A DNA stretch of 63,874 nucleotides, counting the filler, from Octopus bimaculoides (Eukaryota), in NCBI RefSeq assembly GCF_001194135.2. It is 4 parts of 4 records of this genome, joined end to end, with 100 filler letters (N's around TTAATTAATTAA, not from the genome) between each part and the next. Parts side by side here need not be neighbours in the genome. Positions count along the whole stretch, not along the records: positions 15,776 to 45,208 come from NC_068997.1; 3 more parts are not named here. The stretch is one strand, 5' to 3'. This document shows, piece by piece, positions 24,341 to 36,860 of this stretch. Every line of letters starts with the position of its first letter. The stretch's first letter is position 1. Under the pieces are notes generated by a model, which made no database searches, was not told the origin of the DNA, and saw only the letters and a program-made list of their open reading frames with translations. A program made the translations under genes and the position numbers.

Positions 24341-26571
24341 GATGGTAGCTTCTGATAGATCCCTATTGAGGAGGTACACGAGGACTCTACCCCCATGACA
24401 ACTCCCAGGAATAGTAGGTGGAGAAGATGGATGGTAAATCCAAGTGCTAATTACCATGTATATAAATATTCAGCTAAAACCATCTTTAAGGGCAACATAT
24501 TTAGTAATAAAGTATATTTGTGGTATTTATTGTGTTTCTTCCACCTCAATGTTTCAAGTTGAAATCCTGCCAAGATAAACTTTGCTTTCATCCCTCCAGA
24601 TCAACAAAATAAAGTACCAGTCATATACTGTGGTCGATAAGGGAATGAAGTTGAAAGATGGGCTCTTTTCATTTATGATGGAGAGAGTAAAGGGTAAAAA
24701 TTATTTGGTCTGAACGGGAAGGAACAATACAAAAACGCTCCACCCTCTCCTTGGTCCTTGGGAACTGATAAGATGGAAACAGTTGTTGAACAGCTTGAAC
24801 TTTCTATGATATTCTAGCAGGAAAACTATTGACAGTGGTAGGAAAGGGGGTTTTGTGAGGGTTAGAGAGAGAGACGGGGGGGGGGGAGCCTTATCTGCAA
24901 TGACCATCAATGGTAAGTTTAATCACTTAACATTCAGATTACTCTGAAAGGGCCCAATTTGAACAAATCTGACTAATTGGCTTAAAATCAGCTCTGGTTG
25001 GTGGGAGGAGTGGTTGTCTGTGAGAGAGAGAGACAAACAGACAGACAGAGACAGAGGAGATTGGGTAGGAATGTGTGTGTGTGGGTGTCAGGTATTGTGA
25101 AGACTGTGAGGTAAATAAAGAGAGTAAAATGAGATGCAACAGGTGGGGAAAATAGGGTTGGTAAACAAAAGCTGTCCTGACAACGATAGAAGCAAGCGGC
25201 AATAGTAGTAGTAGTAGTAGTAAGAGGAGGAGGAGGTGAAAGAGTGGAGTCTCCCACCATCATTATCATCATCATCAGCAAGTAGGTGGTTGCAGTGCAT
25301 CTATGAAGGGAGATTTGTCTACCAGTTACATGGCGTTTTTGGATGCTGTCCAATATATATATATATATGTGTGTTTGTTGTGTGTGTGTGTATGGATGTG
25401 TGTGTGTGTGTGGGGGGATGCATGTGTTGGTGGGCGTATGTGGAAAGCTGCACTATCTTAGATATATGTTAGTATGCTAATGATGTGTGCAATTATGTTT
25501 TGAATAAGTACTATTCTTCTTCAAGTGGAGTAGAAACACCCAAACATTTGCCTGGAAGATGCTTTTTTCTTCAGTAATAAATGCTGACAATGTAAGCCCT
25601 TACTACTGATTGTTGTAGTGCTAAAGCAGACCACCACGGCAGAATCTTGCTACCGAGGGCCATGACGATTGACACTTGCTGGTGTAGACACTTGCTATTA
25701 GATCTGAGATTGTAAAGTCTTGATTCTGTAGAGAGACCAATTTCTGTTATGACATATTGAAGTTGACTAACCTCTTATAGGTTCTGCATGTTAATCTGTA
25801 ATGATTGGTCGTCTGACCTATCATGTGAGTTTGGAAAATTGGTCGAGTCTTGTGTTTTGATTAGTCAAGTATTGTGTGGGATTGGATCGAGGATCCAATT
25901 ATGTTGTGCATAATACATTCTCAAAAAACTAACCTGAATCTATGCTAGAGCTTACCTCTGCCTATATACCGAGTTAACAAAATATCTATGACAGACAGGT
26001 GAGAGATTTCCATGACAGTGAGTTATGCTATTTTCCTGCTGTTATAACAAAGCACATGTAACTAATAACAGCCAGAGCTGAATTATCCAAATGAAGAATG
26101 AATTTATACAACCACCAGAATCTGTGATGTGTTTATTTGGTCCACCGTATTATTTAGCGGTGGTATAAAGTCTCACTGTTATTTTTAAAGTTTGTTTCTT
26201 GTATTATTTCCATGAGTAAATATGCAACATATGCTATATTATGTTATGCAAGATTCCGTAGTAAAACTAAGGGAGACTTTATACCAACACAGTTAAAATT
26301 CTTTAGATAACATCGTTTCTTACATTGACTTGTTAACAGAAAGTGATGTTCCACAATATTGTCACCTTTATTGAGATTTAAGAGAACTCGTTATCTGAAA
26401 TTAGCATTTAGGAAAGTGGTTATACACCATTAGGTGTACACCTACTTTCCTATATTAAATTCGGAATAACAACGAAACGCGACTCTGAACCTATCAACAC
26501 AACAATATTGATTTATGGAGGAAAATAGGCAGCTTTAATCTTGGTTGCTGAGACGCCTTCTGTGAGAGAGC

Positions 26572-26949
26572 ATGGTTGCTGAGACGTTGGAATGTTGTTG
26601 TGAGCTGTCCCCAGAGTTGGAATGATGGAGAGACAGCTTGACCCGTCCATGCTCATGGCCGGCCGACCGAGAAAGAGAATGAATAAGGGCGCCAAACTTG
26701 GATATTGATGACTACGCATGCGCACGAGACAAGGCGTTACTACAAGCATTAGAAAGTAAAAAGTTGAAACTTGACTCCTTCTCCAGGTCAATCTGACTTG
26801 ACCTCTCTGCGGCTGTTAAGCTGGCTGATGACAATGAGAAACTGTCTGCTGTTGATTGAGTTCTTCCTCGGTTGGCTCAAATTTCTGCAACTTGGAACAA
26901 GAACAAGTGGAGCATTATAATTTTATTAACTCATAGCGATAAATTATAA
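26572..26949 (+). pseudogene. Decayed ORF of unknown origin, 125 codons with four internal TGA stops
   Basis: MVAETLECCCELSPELE*WRDSLTRPCSWPADRERE*IRAPNLDIDDYACARDKALLQALESKKLKLDSFSRSI*LDLSAAVKLADDNEKLSAVD*VLPRLAQISATWNKNKW... TGA at 26623, 26680, 26794 and 26857. Confidence 0.5.
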
Positions 26950-27071
26950 TTATCACATCTACCTTCTTTGCCACCTCATCAAGCACATTCACCACTTACC
27001 ACAATTTACGATATTAACTTATTAATTATTTTTTGTTTTCACACACTGTAATGTTAAATAATGTTATTTGA

Positions 27072-27490
27072 CGTGGCTGTGTGGTAAGAAGTTTGCTTGT
27101 CTACCACATGTTTCTAGGTTCAGTCCCACTACATGCCACTTTGAGCAAGTATCATTTACTATATCCTCGGGCCGAACAAAGCTTTGCGAGTGGATTTGGT
27201 TGTCAGAAACTTAAAGAAACCCATTACATATATCTATCTATCTATCTATCTTATTTCTTTATTGCCCACAAGGGGCTAAACATAGCGGGGACAAACTAGG
27301 ACAGACAAAGGGATTAAGTCGATTACACCGACCCCAGTGTGTAACTGGTACTTAATTTATCGACCCCGAAAGGATGAAAGGCAAAGTCGACCTCGGAGGA
27401 ATTTGAACTCAGAATGTAACGGTAGATGAAATACCGCTAGGCATTTTGCCTGGCGTGCTAACATTTCTGCCAGCTCGCCGCCTTTATATC

Positions 27491-27525
<35 letters not shown>

Positions 27526-27590
27526 NNNNNNNNNNGCTCCAGCATGGCAACAAACTGAAATAAGTAAAAGATAAAAGACAAAAATATCAT
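27072..27590 (+). mobile_element. SINE B carrying an antisense SINE A (27250-27483) in its central microsatellite
   Basis: B head 27072-27230, A on the minus strand, B tail resumes after the short gap. Confidence 0.75.
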
Positions 27591-27703
27591 CATCATCATC
27601 GTCATCACCACCACCACCACCACCATCATCATCTTAATGTCGGCTTTCCCTTGCTTGTACGGGTCAGATGGGATTTATGAGGCAAATTTTCTATGGTTGA
27701 ATG

Positions 27704-27860
27704 CAGGGTAGACTGAGCCATTGGTCAATCGAGCACTGCCCGAGGGCCCGGAGCTCTGAGGGGCCCGCACTCCTCATATTAACTCTACTAAAACACACAT
27801 TCAAAGGGGCCTGGTAAACAGTTATGCCCGAGGGCCCTTAATACCCTCAGTCTGCCCCTG
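27704..27860. mobile_element. hAT-type MITE, 157 bp
   Basis: TIR CAGGGTAGACTGAG / CTCAGTCTGCCCCTG. Perfect 8-bp TSD GTTGAATG at 27696-27703 and 27861-27868. Confidence 0.9.
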
Positions 27861-28018
27861 GTTGAATGCCATTTTCTCTCTCGCCAACCCTCACCTGTTT
27901 CTAAACACAATTAATATTTCCCTGTGGTTGAACATATTTTCATAAAAGACTGGAAACGAATGACATCGCTCATATGACAGTGATGTCCACAGCTTTGGTG
28001 AAAGCTGCTTAACGTATT

Positions 28019-28509
28019 GTGGAGGTGCAATGGCCCAGTGGTTAGGGCAGCGGACTCGTGGTCATAGGATCGCGGTTTCGATTTCCCAGACCGGGCGCTT
28101 TGAGTGTTTATTGAGCGAAAACACCTAAAGTTCCACTAGGCTCCGGCAGGGGATGGTGGCGAACCCTGCTGTACTCTTTCANNNNNNNNNNGGCGCTTTG
28201 AGTGTTTATTGAGCGAAAACACCTAAAGTTCCACTAGGCTCCGGCAGGGGATGGTGGCGAACCCTGCTGTACTCTTTCACCACAACTTTCTCTCACTCTT
28301 ACTTCCTGTTTCTGTTGTGCCTGTAATTCAAAGAGTCAGCCTTGTCACTCTGTGTCATGCTGAATATCCCGAGAACTACATTAAAGGTACACGTGTCTGT
28401 AGAGTGCTCAGCCACATGCACGTTAATTTCATGAGCAGGGCTGTTCCGTTGATCGGATCAATTGGAACCCTCGACGTCGTAAGCGACGGAGTGCCAACAA
28501 CAACAACAA
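28019..28509 (+). mobile_element. SINE family C, single copy with an assembly overlap around a 10-N gap
   Basis: 11-bp TSD CTTAACGTATT at 28008-28018 and 28510-28520. 28094-28181 is duplicated at 28192-28279. Confidence 0.92.
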
Positions 28510-28822
28510 CTTAACGTATTATTCTTGATAACAGTGCTCCTTCGATTTCGGGTTGGGTTGTTGGTCCGCTTGCCTAGCCGGCGGGGTAGCGTCATTTGAA
28601 GGCTAAAGCAATGCAAAAAGTGCATTGTGACCAGTGATGTTTAACAATATCTGATACCCCGGTCGGTCACGTGAATGTAAGAGAAGTGAGTTAAAAAGTT
28701 TTTGATACGTGTCATGGCGCCCTTTTATTTTTATGTGCTCGCTCCCCTTAACTTTAGAACTCTGGCGATGCCTCCATGGGGCACCACTTCAGTTTGTCGT
28801 CTTGGGCTTCCTTTATAAGCCT

Positions 28823-29098
28823 TGAGCATTCCGTCGGTTACGACGACGAGGGTCCCAGCTGATGCGATCAACGGAACAGCTCGCTCGTGAAATTAACGTG
28901 CAAGTGACTGAGCAATCCACAGACATTTGTACCCCTAACGTAGTTCTCAGGGAGATTCAGTGTGACACAGAGTGTGACAAGGCCTACCCTTTGAAATACA
29001 GGTACAACTCATTTTTGCCAGCTGAGTGGACTTGGAATCGAACGCACGACCTTACAATCGCGAGCCGAATGCCCTAACCACTGAGCCACGTGCCTTCA
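28823..29098 (-). mobile_element. SINE family E (D-like head, C-like tail), internally deleted
   Basis: 12-bp TSD CTTTATAAGCCT at 28811-28822 and 29099-29110. Confidence 0.88.
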
Positions 29099-29523
29099 CT
29101 TTATAAGCCTATACAGGCTTATACAGCAGACCCAAAAGTGCAGTCACCTATAAGAGCGTCCCCCGTGGCGTACCGCCCCCATCGCCTCCTCTCATCTTCT
29201 CTACGCAATCCGCCTTTCCCTTCGAGGCAAGAATCCCTTTCATAAGCAGTAGAATTAACTGCTTCCTGAGTATATCATATCCCGTTCTTACCCCGCTTAA
29301 AATACTTTCCGAACACCCACTTCCACTGCTAATGTAATTAGGTTACTGGGTAACAGAATCTATAATTTACTTCTTGGGAAACCTTCTAAGTATTTAAAAG
29401 AATCTGTCTCATGTGTGCTCTCAATGCCTAACTACGCCTGTGCATCCGCTGAATATGAAGTTAGCTTGCCTCTAATACACCAACAAGTGCTCGATCGCGC
29501 ACGCACACGCGTATATTTACTCA

Positions 29524-29567
<44 letters not shown>

Positions 29568-29568
<1 letters not shown>

Positions 29569-29613
29569 GTATTTGTCCCATCTATGTTGAGCCCTGTGTG
29601 GCTAATAAAATAA
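29568..29613 (+). mobile_element. Isolated 3' tail of the Tx1/L1-like LINE, embedded in (TATC)n
   Basis: TGTATTTGTCCC..GCCCTGTGTGGCTAATAAA matches 40339-40383. Confidence 0.65.
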
Positions 29614-29665
<52 letters not shown>

Positions 29666-29666
29666 G

Positions 29667-29725
<59 letters not shown>

Positions 29726-29812
29726 GTCTATCTATCTATCTATCTAAGCATTCTCACACACAGACACATATTCACTCACACATACACGTACATACGTGCA
29801 TCCATGTTTGCG

Positions 29813-29855
<43 letters not shown>

Positions 29856-30932
29856 TTAATGCAGAAACAACCTGTAAGCACATAAGCTGTTTGCTAGATA
29901 TATAAATAGACACATTGGAGGTATTCAACTAAACGGGCTGATGGACTAATAAACCGCTGCTTACTCATCTGCTGTGTTATGTTATATATAGACACACAGA
30001 CACACAGCGAATGGTAAAATAAGGTTGTTTGACATTGTTGCTGACAGAAATCTTTCTTATAGATCTTTAACTATTAATTAATTTCTCGATGTGCCGTTCA
30101 AAGGGAAAAGATCCAACTTCCCCTTTAACACACACACAAACACACACCACATACATGCATACACACACACATACATGCATACGCAGTACACACAACATAC
30201 GCATACACAGCACACACACACACATATACACATAGCAGACACGCAACATACACGCACACGTACGCGCGCACGCATGCACAAACGCACGCACACACGTACA
30301 TGCATACACAGCACGCACGCACACACACACACACATACACGCACACATGCAGACACACGTACATGCATACACACACACGCACGCACGCGCGCCACCCACA
30401 CTCACACGCACCCTCCACACACGCAGCCTCCACACATACGCACCACCCACACTCANNNNNNNNNNNNNNNNNNNNNNNNNNNNNNNNNNNNNNNNNNNNN
30501 NNNNNNNNNNNNNNNNNNNNNNNNNNNNNNNNNNNNNNNNNNNNNNNNNNNNNNNNNNNNNNNNNNNNNNNNNNNNNNNNNNNNNNNNNNNNNNNNNNNN
30601 NNNNNNNNNNNNNNNNNNNNNNNNNNNNNNNNNNNNNNNNNNNNNNNNNNNNNNNNNNNNNNNNNNNNNNNNNNNNNNNNNNNNNNNNNNNNNNNNNNNN
30701 NNNNNNNNNNNNNNNNNNNNNNNNNNNNNNNNNNNNNNNNNNNNNNNNNNNNNNNNNNNNNNNNNNNNNNNNNNNNNNNNNNNNNNNNNNNNNNNNNNNN
30801 NNNNNNNNNNNNNNNNNNNNNNNNNNNNNNNNNNNNNNNNNNNNNNTTAGATATCTAAAGGTTTTACTTTGGTAAACTATGAAGACTCTCCGACATCCAT
30901 AAGTATATTCTTATTAATATTTAGCGGAAATG

Positions 30933-31455
30933 AGGCGGTGAGCTGGCAGAAACGTCAGCACGCCGGGCGAAATGCTTAGCGGTCTTTTGTCCGTCTTTAC
31001 GTTCTGAGTTCAAATTCCGCCGAGGTCGACTTTACCTTTCATCCTTTCGGGGTCGATGAAGTAAGTACCAGTGAAACACTGGGGTCAATGTAATCGACTT
31101 AATCCGTTTGTCTGGCCTTGTTTGTCCCCTCTATGTTTAGCCCCTTGTGGGCAATAAAGAAATAAGAAACGTTAGCACGCCAGACTAAATGCTTAGCGGC
31201 ATTTCGTCCGTTTTTACGTTCTGAGTTAAAATCCTGCCGAGGTCGACTTTCTTTCATCCTTTCGGGGTCGATAAATTAAGTACTGGAGTCGATCTAATTG
31301 ACTGGCCTCCTCCCCTAAAATTTTGGGCTTTGTACCAAGAGTAGAAAAGAATATTTAGTGACAATAATGTGGTGAGCTGGCAGAATCGTTAGCACACCGG
31401 GCAAAATGCTTAGCGGCTTTTCGTCCAACTGTACGTTCTGAGTTCAAATTCCTTT
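30933..31455 (+). mobile_element. Cluster of three SINE A units; the first ends in the Tx1-like tail
   Basis: Units at ~30933-31165, 31166-31352 and 31367-31455. Confidence 0.88.
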
Positions 31456-31626
31456 TAATTTAAAGCTTTTAATCCTCGGGCCAAAGTTCATCGTGGTCAA
31501 ACGATTTAACGACAATCTTAAATCTGATATTGGAGGAAACTTTTATAATTTAGCCGACCAGTTAAAATAGATTTTAGCTCTAAAACACTCCCAATCTCAA
31601 CTATAATGCTTATCTACTATCTAGAC

Positions 31627-31944
31627 CAGAGTTTCTCAGAGTGGACTCCAAGGAACCCCAAGGTTCTGAGAAAAAATTCTAATGTTTGGCGATATAAAGT
31701 ATCTTTTAAAACGAATTAATAGAAGTTGTAAAACAAAAGCTGTTCGCAGTTTGTTTCATAAGATAAATTGAATGTCTTTTTGTTATTATATGACTGAATT
31801 TTCTTTCAAATAATTTTTGTTTTACTTTATGTTTTATTAAAATCAAGGTGAAGGGTTTATCTGCAAAATATAGTTATGGTTTTCGCAATCTTTTTTAGAA
31901 TTATAAAAAAAGGTTCCGTTCTAAAATAAGTTTGGGAACCGCTA
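31627..31944. mobile_element. Decayed hAT/Charlie-like MITE
   Basis: TCTAGAC|CAGAGTTTCTCA start and GTTTGGGAACCGCT end. No clean TSD. Confidence 0.45.
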
Positions 31945-32189
31945 ATTCAAACAACCGACTTCAATGTTCGCCATCAAACCCCGAACATAACGTTAAATTT
32001 TTTAAACATTCTATTAACAGAAACGCCCCAACTCATGCTTTAACTCTTCTACGGTTCAAACTTCTAACTTTACAAAACTTATTTTCTAAGAAACTCATAT
32101 ATTGCCCCTCGAGGCAAAGGGAGAGGATTCTGGGTCAATGGTAAGATTGTATACAGTAAGTAGCCGAGCGATTAAACATCTAATTAACG

Positions 32190-33407
32190 ATCAAACACCT
32201 AAAAGACACCAAGTGGATATAGATTATGCCCTTGCTATCGAAAACGAAATCATCATGAGCTTCCCGGTGGATTTGCTTTACCTGGACTTCTTGGGTCTGC
32301 GAGAACCAGGATGCTTTCAATGGGCACTGTCTCTAGGTCTCTGGATCATAACAGTAAATCCAGCTTTTATCACAGGTCGCCGATACTCGAGCACTCTTGG
32401 ATTTGAGATAATGATCTCAACCATCTCCCTGGTGTCTTTCCCAACGCGTCTTTCATTCTGTCCGTCACTGAGTACCCTGAGAACAAACTTTGCACATGTT
32501 CAGATCTTCATGAATAATTCTGTGTACAGCTGTCACACCAGCTCCAAACTATATCTTTATTGTCTTTATAGACAGACGGCGATCTAGAAAATTGCGAATT
32601 TTCTTAACCAGTTCTAATGTTCTGACGTCCCTCTCCCTCCCACACCTCTCATCGTCTTTTACCTCCTCTCTACTGTACTTGAATGTGGAGGCGCAATGGC
32701 CCAGTGGTTAGGGCAGCGGACTTGCGGCGCGGTTTCGATTCCCAGACCGGGCGTTGTGAGTGTTTATTGAGCAAAAACACCTAAAGCTCCACGAAGCTCC
32801 GGCAGGGGATGGTGGCGAACCCTGCTGTACTCTTTCACCACAACTTTCTCTCACCCTTACTTCTTGTTTCTGTTGTGCCTGTAACTCAAAGGGTCAGCCT
32901 TGTCACACTGTGTCACGCTGAATGTCCCCAAGAACTACGTTAAGGGTACACGTGTCTGTGGAGTGCCCAGCCACTTGCACGTTAATTTCTCGAGCAGGCT
33001 GTTCCATTGATTGGATCAACTGGAACCCTCGACGTCGTAAGCGACGGAGTGCCAACAACTGTACTTGAATATCTTGTACCAGCGAAAGTTCATCTGTAAG
33101 CAATCTGGAACATTTTATAAGTTTTTGTAGAGTTTTTGCTCAATTTAACACAAAACTTTATTGGATCGCTAGCTTCCAAATTGTCTTCCCGTCCCGACTG
33201 CATTCTGCAAACTAGTCAGCTATGACGAGCAACGTTTAGTAGGGTGTGTTCAAATGCTGTTACAACCGTCTCCTTCAATCTGAAATTAAAAAGTTAGCAG
33301 GCGAGCTTATTGCATGTATGGTAACGATATACTAAAATTACAGTAATTTAGGACAGTTATAACTGCCTCTCCTAAGAAAAGTCTCAACCCTTCTGGAATG
33401 CACCTCA
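32190..33407 (-). mobile_element. Decayed mariner transposon interrupted by SINE C
   Basis: IKFCVKLSKNSTKTYKMFQ, DDERCGR, KKIRNFLDRRLSIK, HEDLNMCKVC, TCDKSWIYCYDPET, KLMMISF. TIR-like TTCTGGAATGCACCTCA followed by TA at 33408. Confidence 0.85.
32685..33057 (+). mobile_element. SINE family C, full length
   Basis: 13-bp TSD ACTGTACTTGAAT at 32672-32684 and 33058-33070. Confidence 0.95.
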
Positions 33408-33946
33408 TACCATAAATGCTAATTAGACGAACATTTATAGCAGCAGAGGATTCTACTATAAATAAAACAAAATTTTGCCACTAGAAATAACAATTTTCCT
33501 ATCATCTCTCCCATTAAGACTCACAAAACCTGGTCCCATGATAAAATCTTTTCTTACGAAGGCAAAAGGTCGTTCGGAGGTATAGCAATAAAAATTAGTT
33601 GTATTTAATTTATATTTTTATCTCCATATAAACAGCAAAAGATATAAATCTCGACATGTCTTGTTGGCAAAATAATGCCATAGCAGCAGGTGGTTTGGGA
33701 ATATGTGTTAAAACAGGCAACATCTGGACATGGAAAATTTCAGATATTATTTTATAACAATTAAAGTAAAGTCTACATAAATATGTTTGTAAATGTACAT
33801 AAATATGTCCATATTTGCAAAGACTATGGGATAATGCACAGACATAAGTCAAGATTTTGAGCGAAGGGGTTCTTCATCATGAAAATGGATTTACCGTTTG
33901 TCGATTAATTTGTGAAAACGCATAATTAAAATAAATGTTAAATAAT

Positions 33947-34139
33947 AGGCGTAGGAGTGGCTGTGTGGTAAGTAGCTTGCTTACCAAACACATGGTTCTA
34001 GGTTCAGTCCCACTGCGTGGTACCTTGGGCAAGTGTCTTCTACTATAGCCTCGGGCCAACCAAATCTTTGGGAGTGGATTTGGTAGACGGAAACTGAAAG
34101 AAGCCCGTCGTATATATGTATATATATATATATACACAC

Positions 34140-34179
<40 letters not shown>

Positions 34180-34400
34180 TTGTTTGTTTGTTTGTGTGTC
34201 TGTGTTTGTCCCCTCAACATTGCTTGACAACCGATGCTGGTGTGATTACGTCCCCGTAACTTAGCGGTTCGGCAAAAGCGACCGATAGAATAAGTACTAG
34301 GCTTACAAAGAATAAGTCCTGGGGTCGACTTGCTCGACTAAAGGCGGTGCTCCAGCATGGCCACAGTCAAATGACTGAAACAAGTAAAAGAGTAAAAAGA
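33947..34400 (+). mobile_element. SINE family B, full length
   Basis: A-box TGGCTGTGTGG, B-box GGTTCAGTCCC, CORE-like CCTTGGGCAAGTG segment, central microsatellite, (GTAAAAGA)n tail. Confidence 0.93.
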
Positions 34401-35344
34401 ATAATAGTTATTTTTGTATGGAGCTGTAGGAGGGGATTGATCTGTCCGAATCGTCGAGCTCCATTCCTGGCAACATGAGTAGAAAATATTCGTGTCCACG
34501 TAATAATTTGTGTTGTCCTGTCGAAGAGAAAAATTAGTCAACCACTAGTATTTAAACTGGTAGAAATTATTCTGCCGAGGTTAGATCAACGTAGAAGTTA
34601 ACAGCAAGCAAGACAGAATGAAAGAGATAGAGCAAAGTGACACTTGGCGCATGGTTGCTGCCTGGATGAAAAATGAAAACAGTGTGGCAGACTTGCTTGC
34701 TATCGAATGAACGCGTTAAGAGAACGAAAATAGTTTTTCATTAGTTTAATACAGTAAAAAATGCCTCACAGCTCAATGGTTCTTGATTGACTGAAAATTC
34801 TGATTAGGTAAAATTTTCTAATTGGCTTACATTACACACGTGATAATAGTTAATTAAAATTGTTGCGTACTTTGGTTGAACTAGCCAAAAATATTACTAG
34901 CCCCGTTAATTCTAGCAAAGACATATGCTTCATGATATTAAAAAAATCTGTCTTTTGTACAAAATTCTCCATAGATTACAGCCCAAGCAATTTCATCAGC
35001 AGGTTAATTCATCATAACTCCGTCACACACTCATAAAAACATATATGTAGGTCTTTAGTCTAGACCATTGGTTTTCAACTATTCTTTACCTATGAACCCC
35101 TTTGATTCCTATTTTACTTTACTGGACTGCCATAGCCATTCGATATGTTTATAGTTAATGCTATTAGGAACTGTATAAAAAAAACTACACCATAAGGTCG
35201 AAAAAGATCAAATCAAAACAAAACGAATGACACATTTTAACGTAGTCGGTAGTATTGGATTTTTCATTCATAATTCGAGCACTATTTCATTGTACGATGG
35301 TCCTAGGTCCAACGACTTTAGATACGTTTATCATGTCATCATGT

Positions 35345-35678
35345 GAAGGTGTATGTCCCAGTGATTAGAGTGTCGGGTTCACAACCATGTAGTGAGTTCG
35401 ATTCCCAGACCGAGCTGTTTATTGTGTTCCTGAGCAAGACACTTTATTTCACGTTGTTCCAGTTCACTCAGCTGTAGAAATGAGTTGCGACATCACTGGT
35501 GCCAAGCTGTATCGGTCTTTGCCTTTCTCTTGGATAACATCAGTGGCATGGAGAGGAGAGACTGGTATGCATGGGTGACTGCTGGTCTTCCATAAACAAC
35601 CTTGTCCAGATTTGTGCCTGGGAGGGTAACTTTCTAGGTGCGATCCCATGGTCAGTCATGACCGAAGGGGGTCTTTAC
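35345..35678 (+). mobile_element. SINE family D
   Basis: B-box GAGTTCGATTCC. Colinear with the other D copies. Confidence 0.88.
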
Positions 35679-35738
35679 TTTTCATATGTCATCATAAACA
35701 CAACACTGAGCACGTGTGTCTTATATATACATACAAAA

Positions 35739-35945
35739 AGGCGGCGAGCTGGTAGAATTGTTAACATGCTGGGCGTATGCTCAGCGGCACTTCGTCTGTC
35801 TTTACGTTCTGAGTTCAAATTCCGCAGGGGGTCGACTTTGCTTTTCATCATTTATGAATCGATAAAATAAGTACCAATTGAACACTGGAGTCGATAAAAT
35901 CGACATAACCTCTTTGCTGGCCTGGTGCCAAAATTTGAAACCGTT
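35739..35945 (+). mobile_element. SINE family A
   Basis: AGGCGGCGAGCTGG head and A core. Confidence 0.85.
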
Positions 35946-36691
35946 ATGTCTTAATAGACATACAATGTAACTTTTTTTTTTATTAATTTCTAGATTTAAT
36001 GAATGTGATTTTCGTCATTAGCATGCAAAAATACATCAGAAGTATATTTTTTGTATATAATCTAATGGAAATTTGAAAACTTCAAGTGATTGGAAGCAGG
36101 ACCGCTTTAGCAGTATTATAAGTTCCCGGACAAATCCATGCACTGGGCCCGATAATGCTTCTTTATTGATAGCAAGCCACAGCGTAGATAAATCAGAATT
36201 AGGCTCCTAGATCCTTGAGGCCCCCGGGTAAATCAAAGCATTGGGCTCTATGATACTTCTTCATTGGCAACAAACCACAATATACATAGATCGGAATCGG
36301 GTCCCTAGACCTGTGAAGGCTCCTGGGCAACTTACTCTCTGTGCCCATGCCCTAAGACGGCACGAATTAGAAAAAATTCAACAAGATCCACAACAGCCAA
36401 TTCTGTTTTGCCCACTTCGCATATAATCACTCATCAAAACTACTTATGGAATTAAGTCTACTGGTTTTACTATCAATAGCGTATAAGATACAGCTTCAGA
36501 GCAAGGTACTTTGACACTTGCAACATCTGCGATTTCTTCTCCAGAGAAGTACGAAACATCCCCATAGTATGAATCATAGATTATATAAATTTCTATGTCT
36601 CATCACCAAACTAAACAAGGAAATATGACGAAATTTTGTTTTAATATAATACATCCATATAGGTAATACGAGGTTGGGTCACTTATTATAT

Positions 36692-36860
36692 GGGTGACCT
36701 AGTGGTTAGGGTGTTGCAGTCACGATCGCAAGATCGGAATTTCGATTCCCGGACCGATTACGCATGGTGTTCTTGTGCAAAACGCTTCGTTTCAAGTGGC
36801 TTCAATCCACTTAGCTGTGAATAGGGAAACCTTGCCACAGACTGCCGTGCAAGGAGTGAA
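36692..36860 (+). mobile_element. SINE family F, old copy
   Basis: Head GTGACCTAGTGGTTAG..TTTCGATTCCC resembles the copy at 44955-45175. Confidence 0.55.

Noticed and set aside
32102-32587. 161-aa plus-strand ORF
   Set aside because: Antisense shadow of the mariner transposase.
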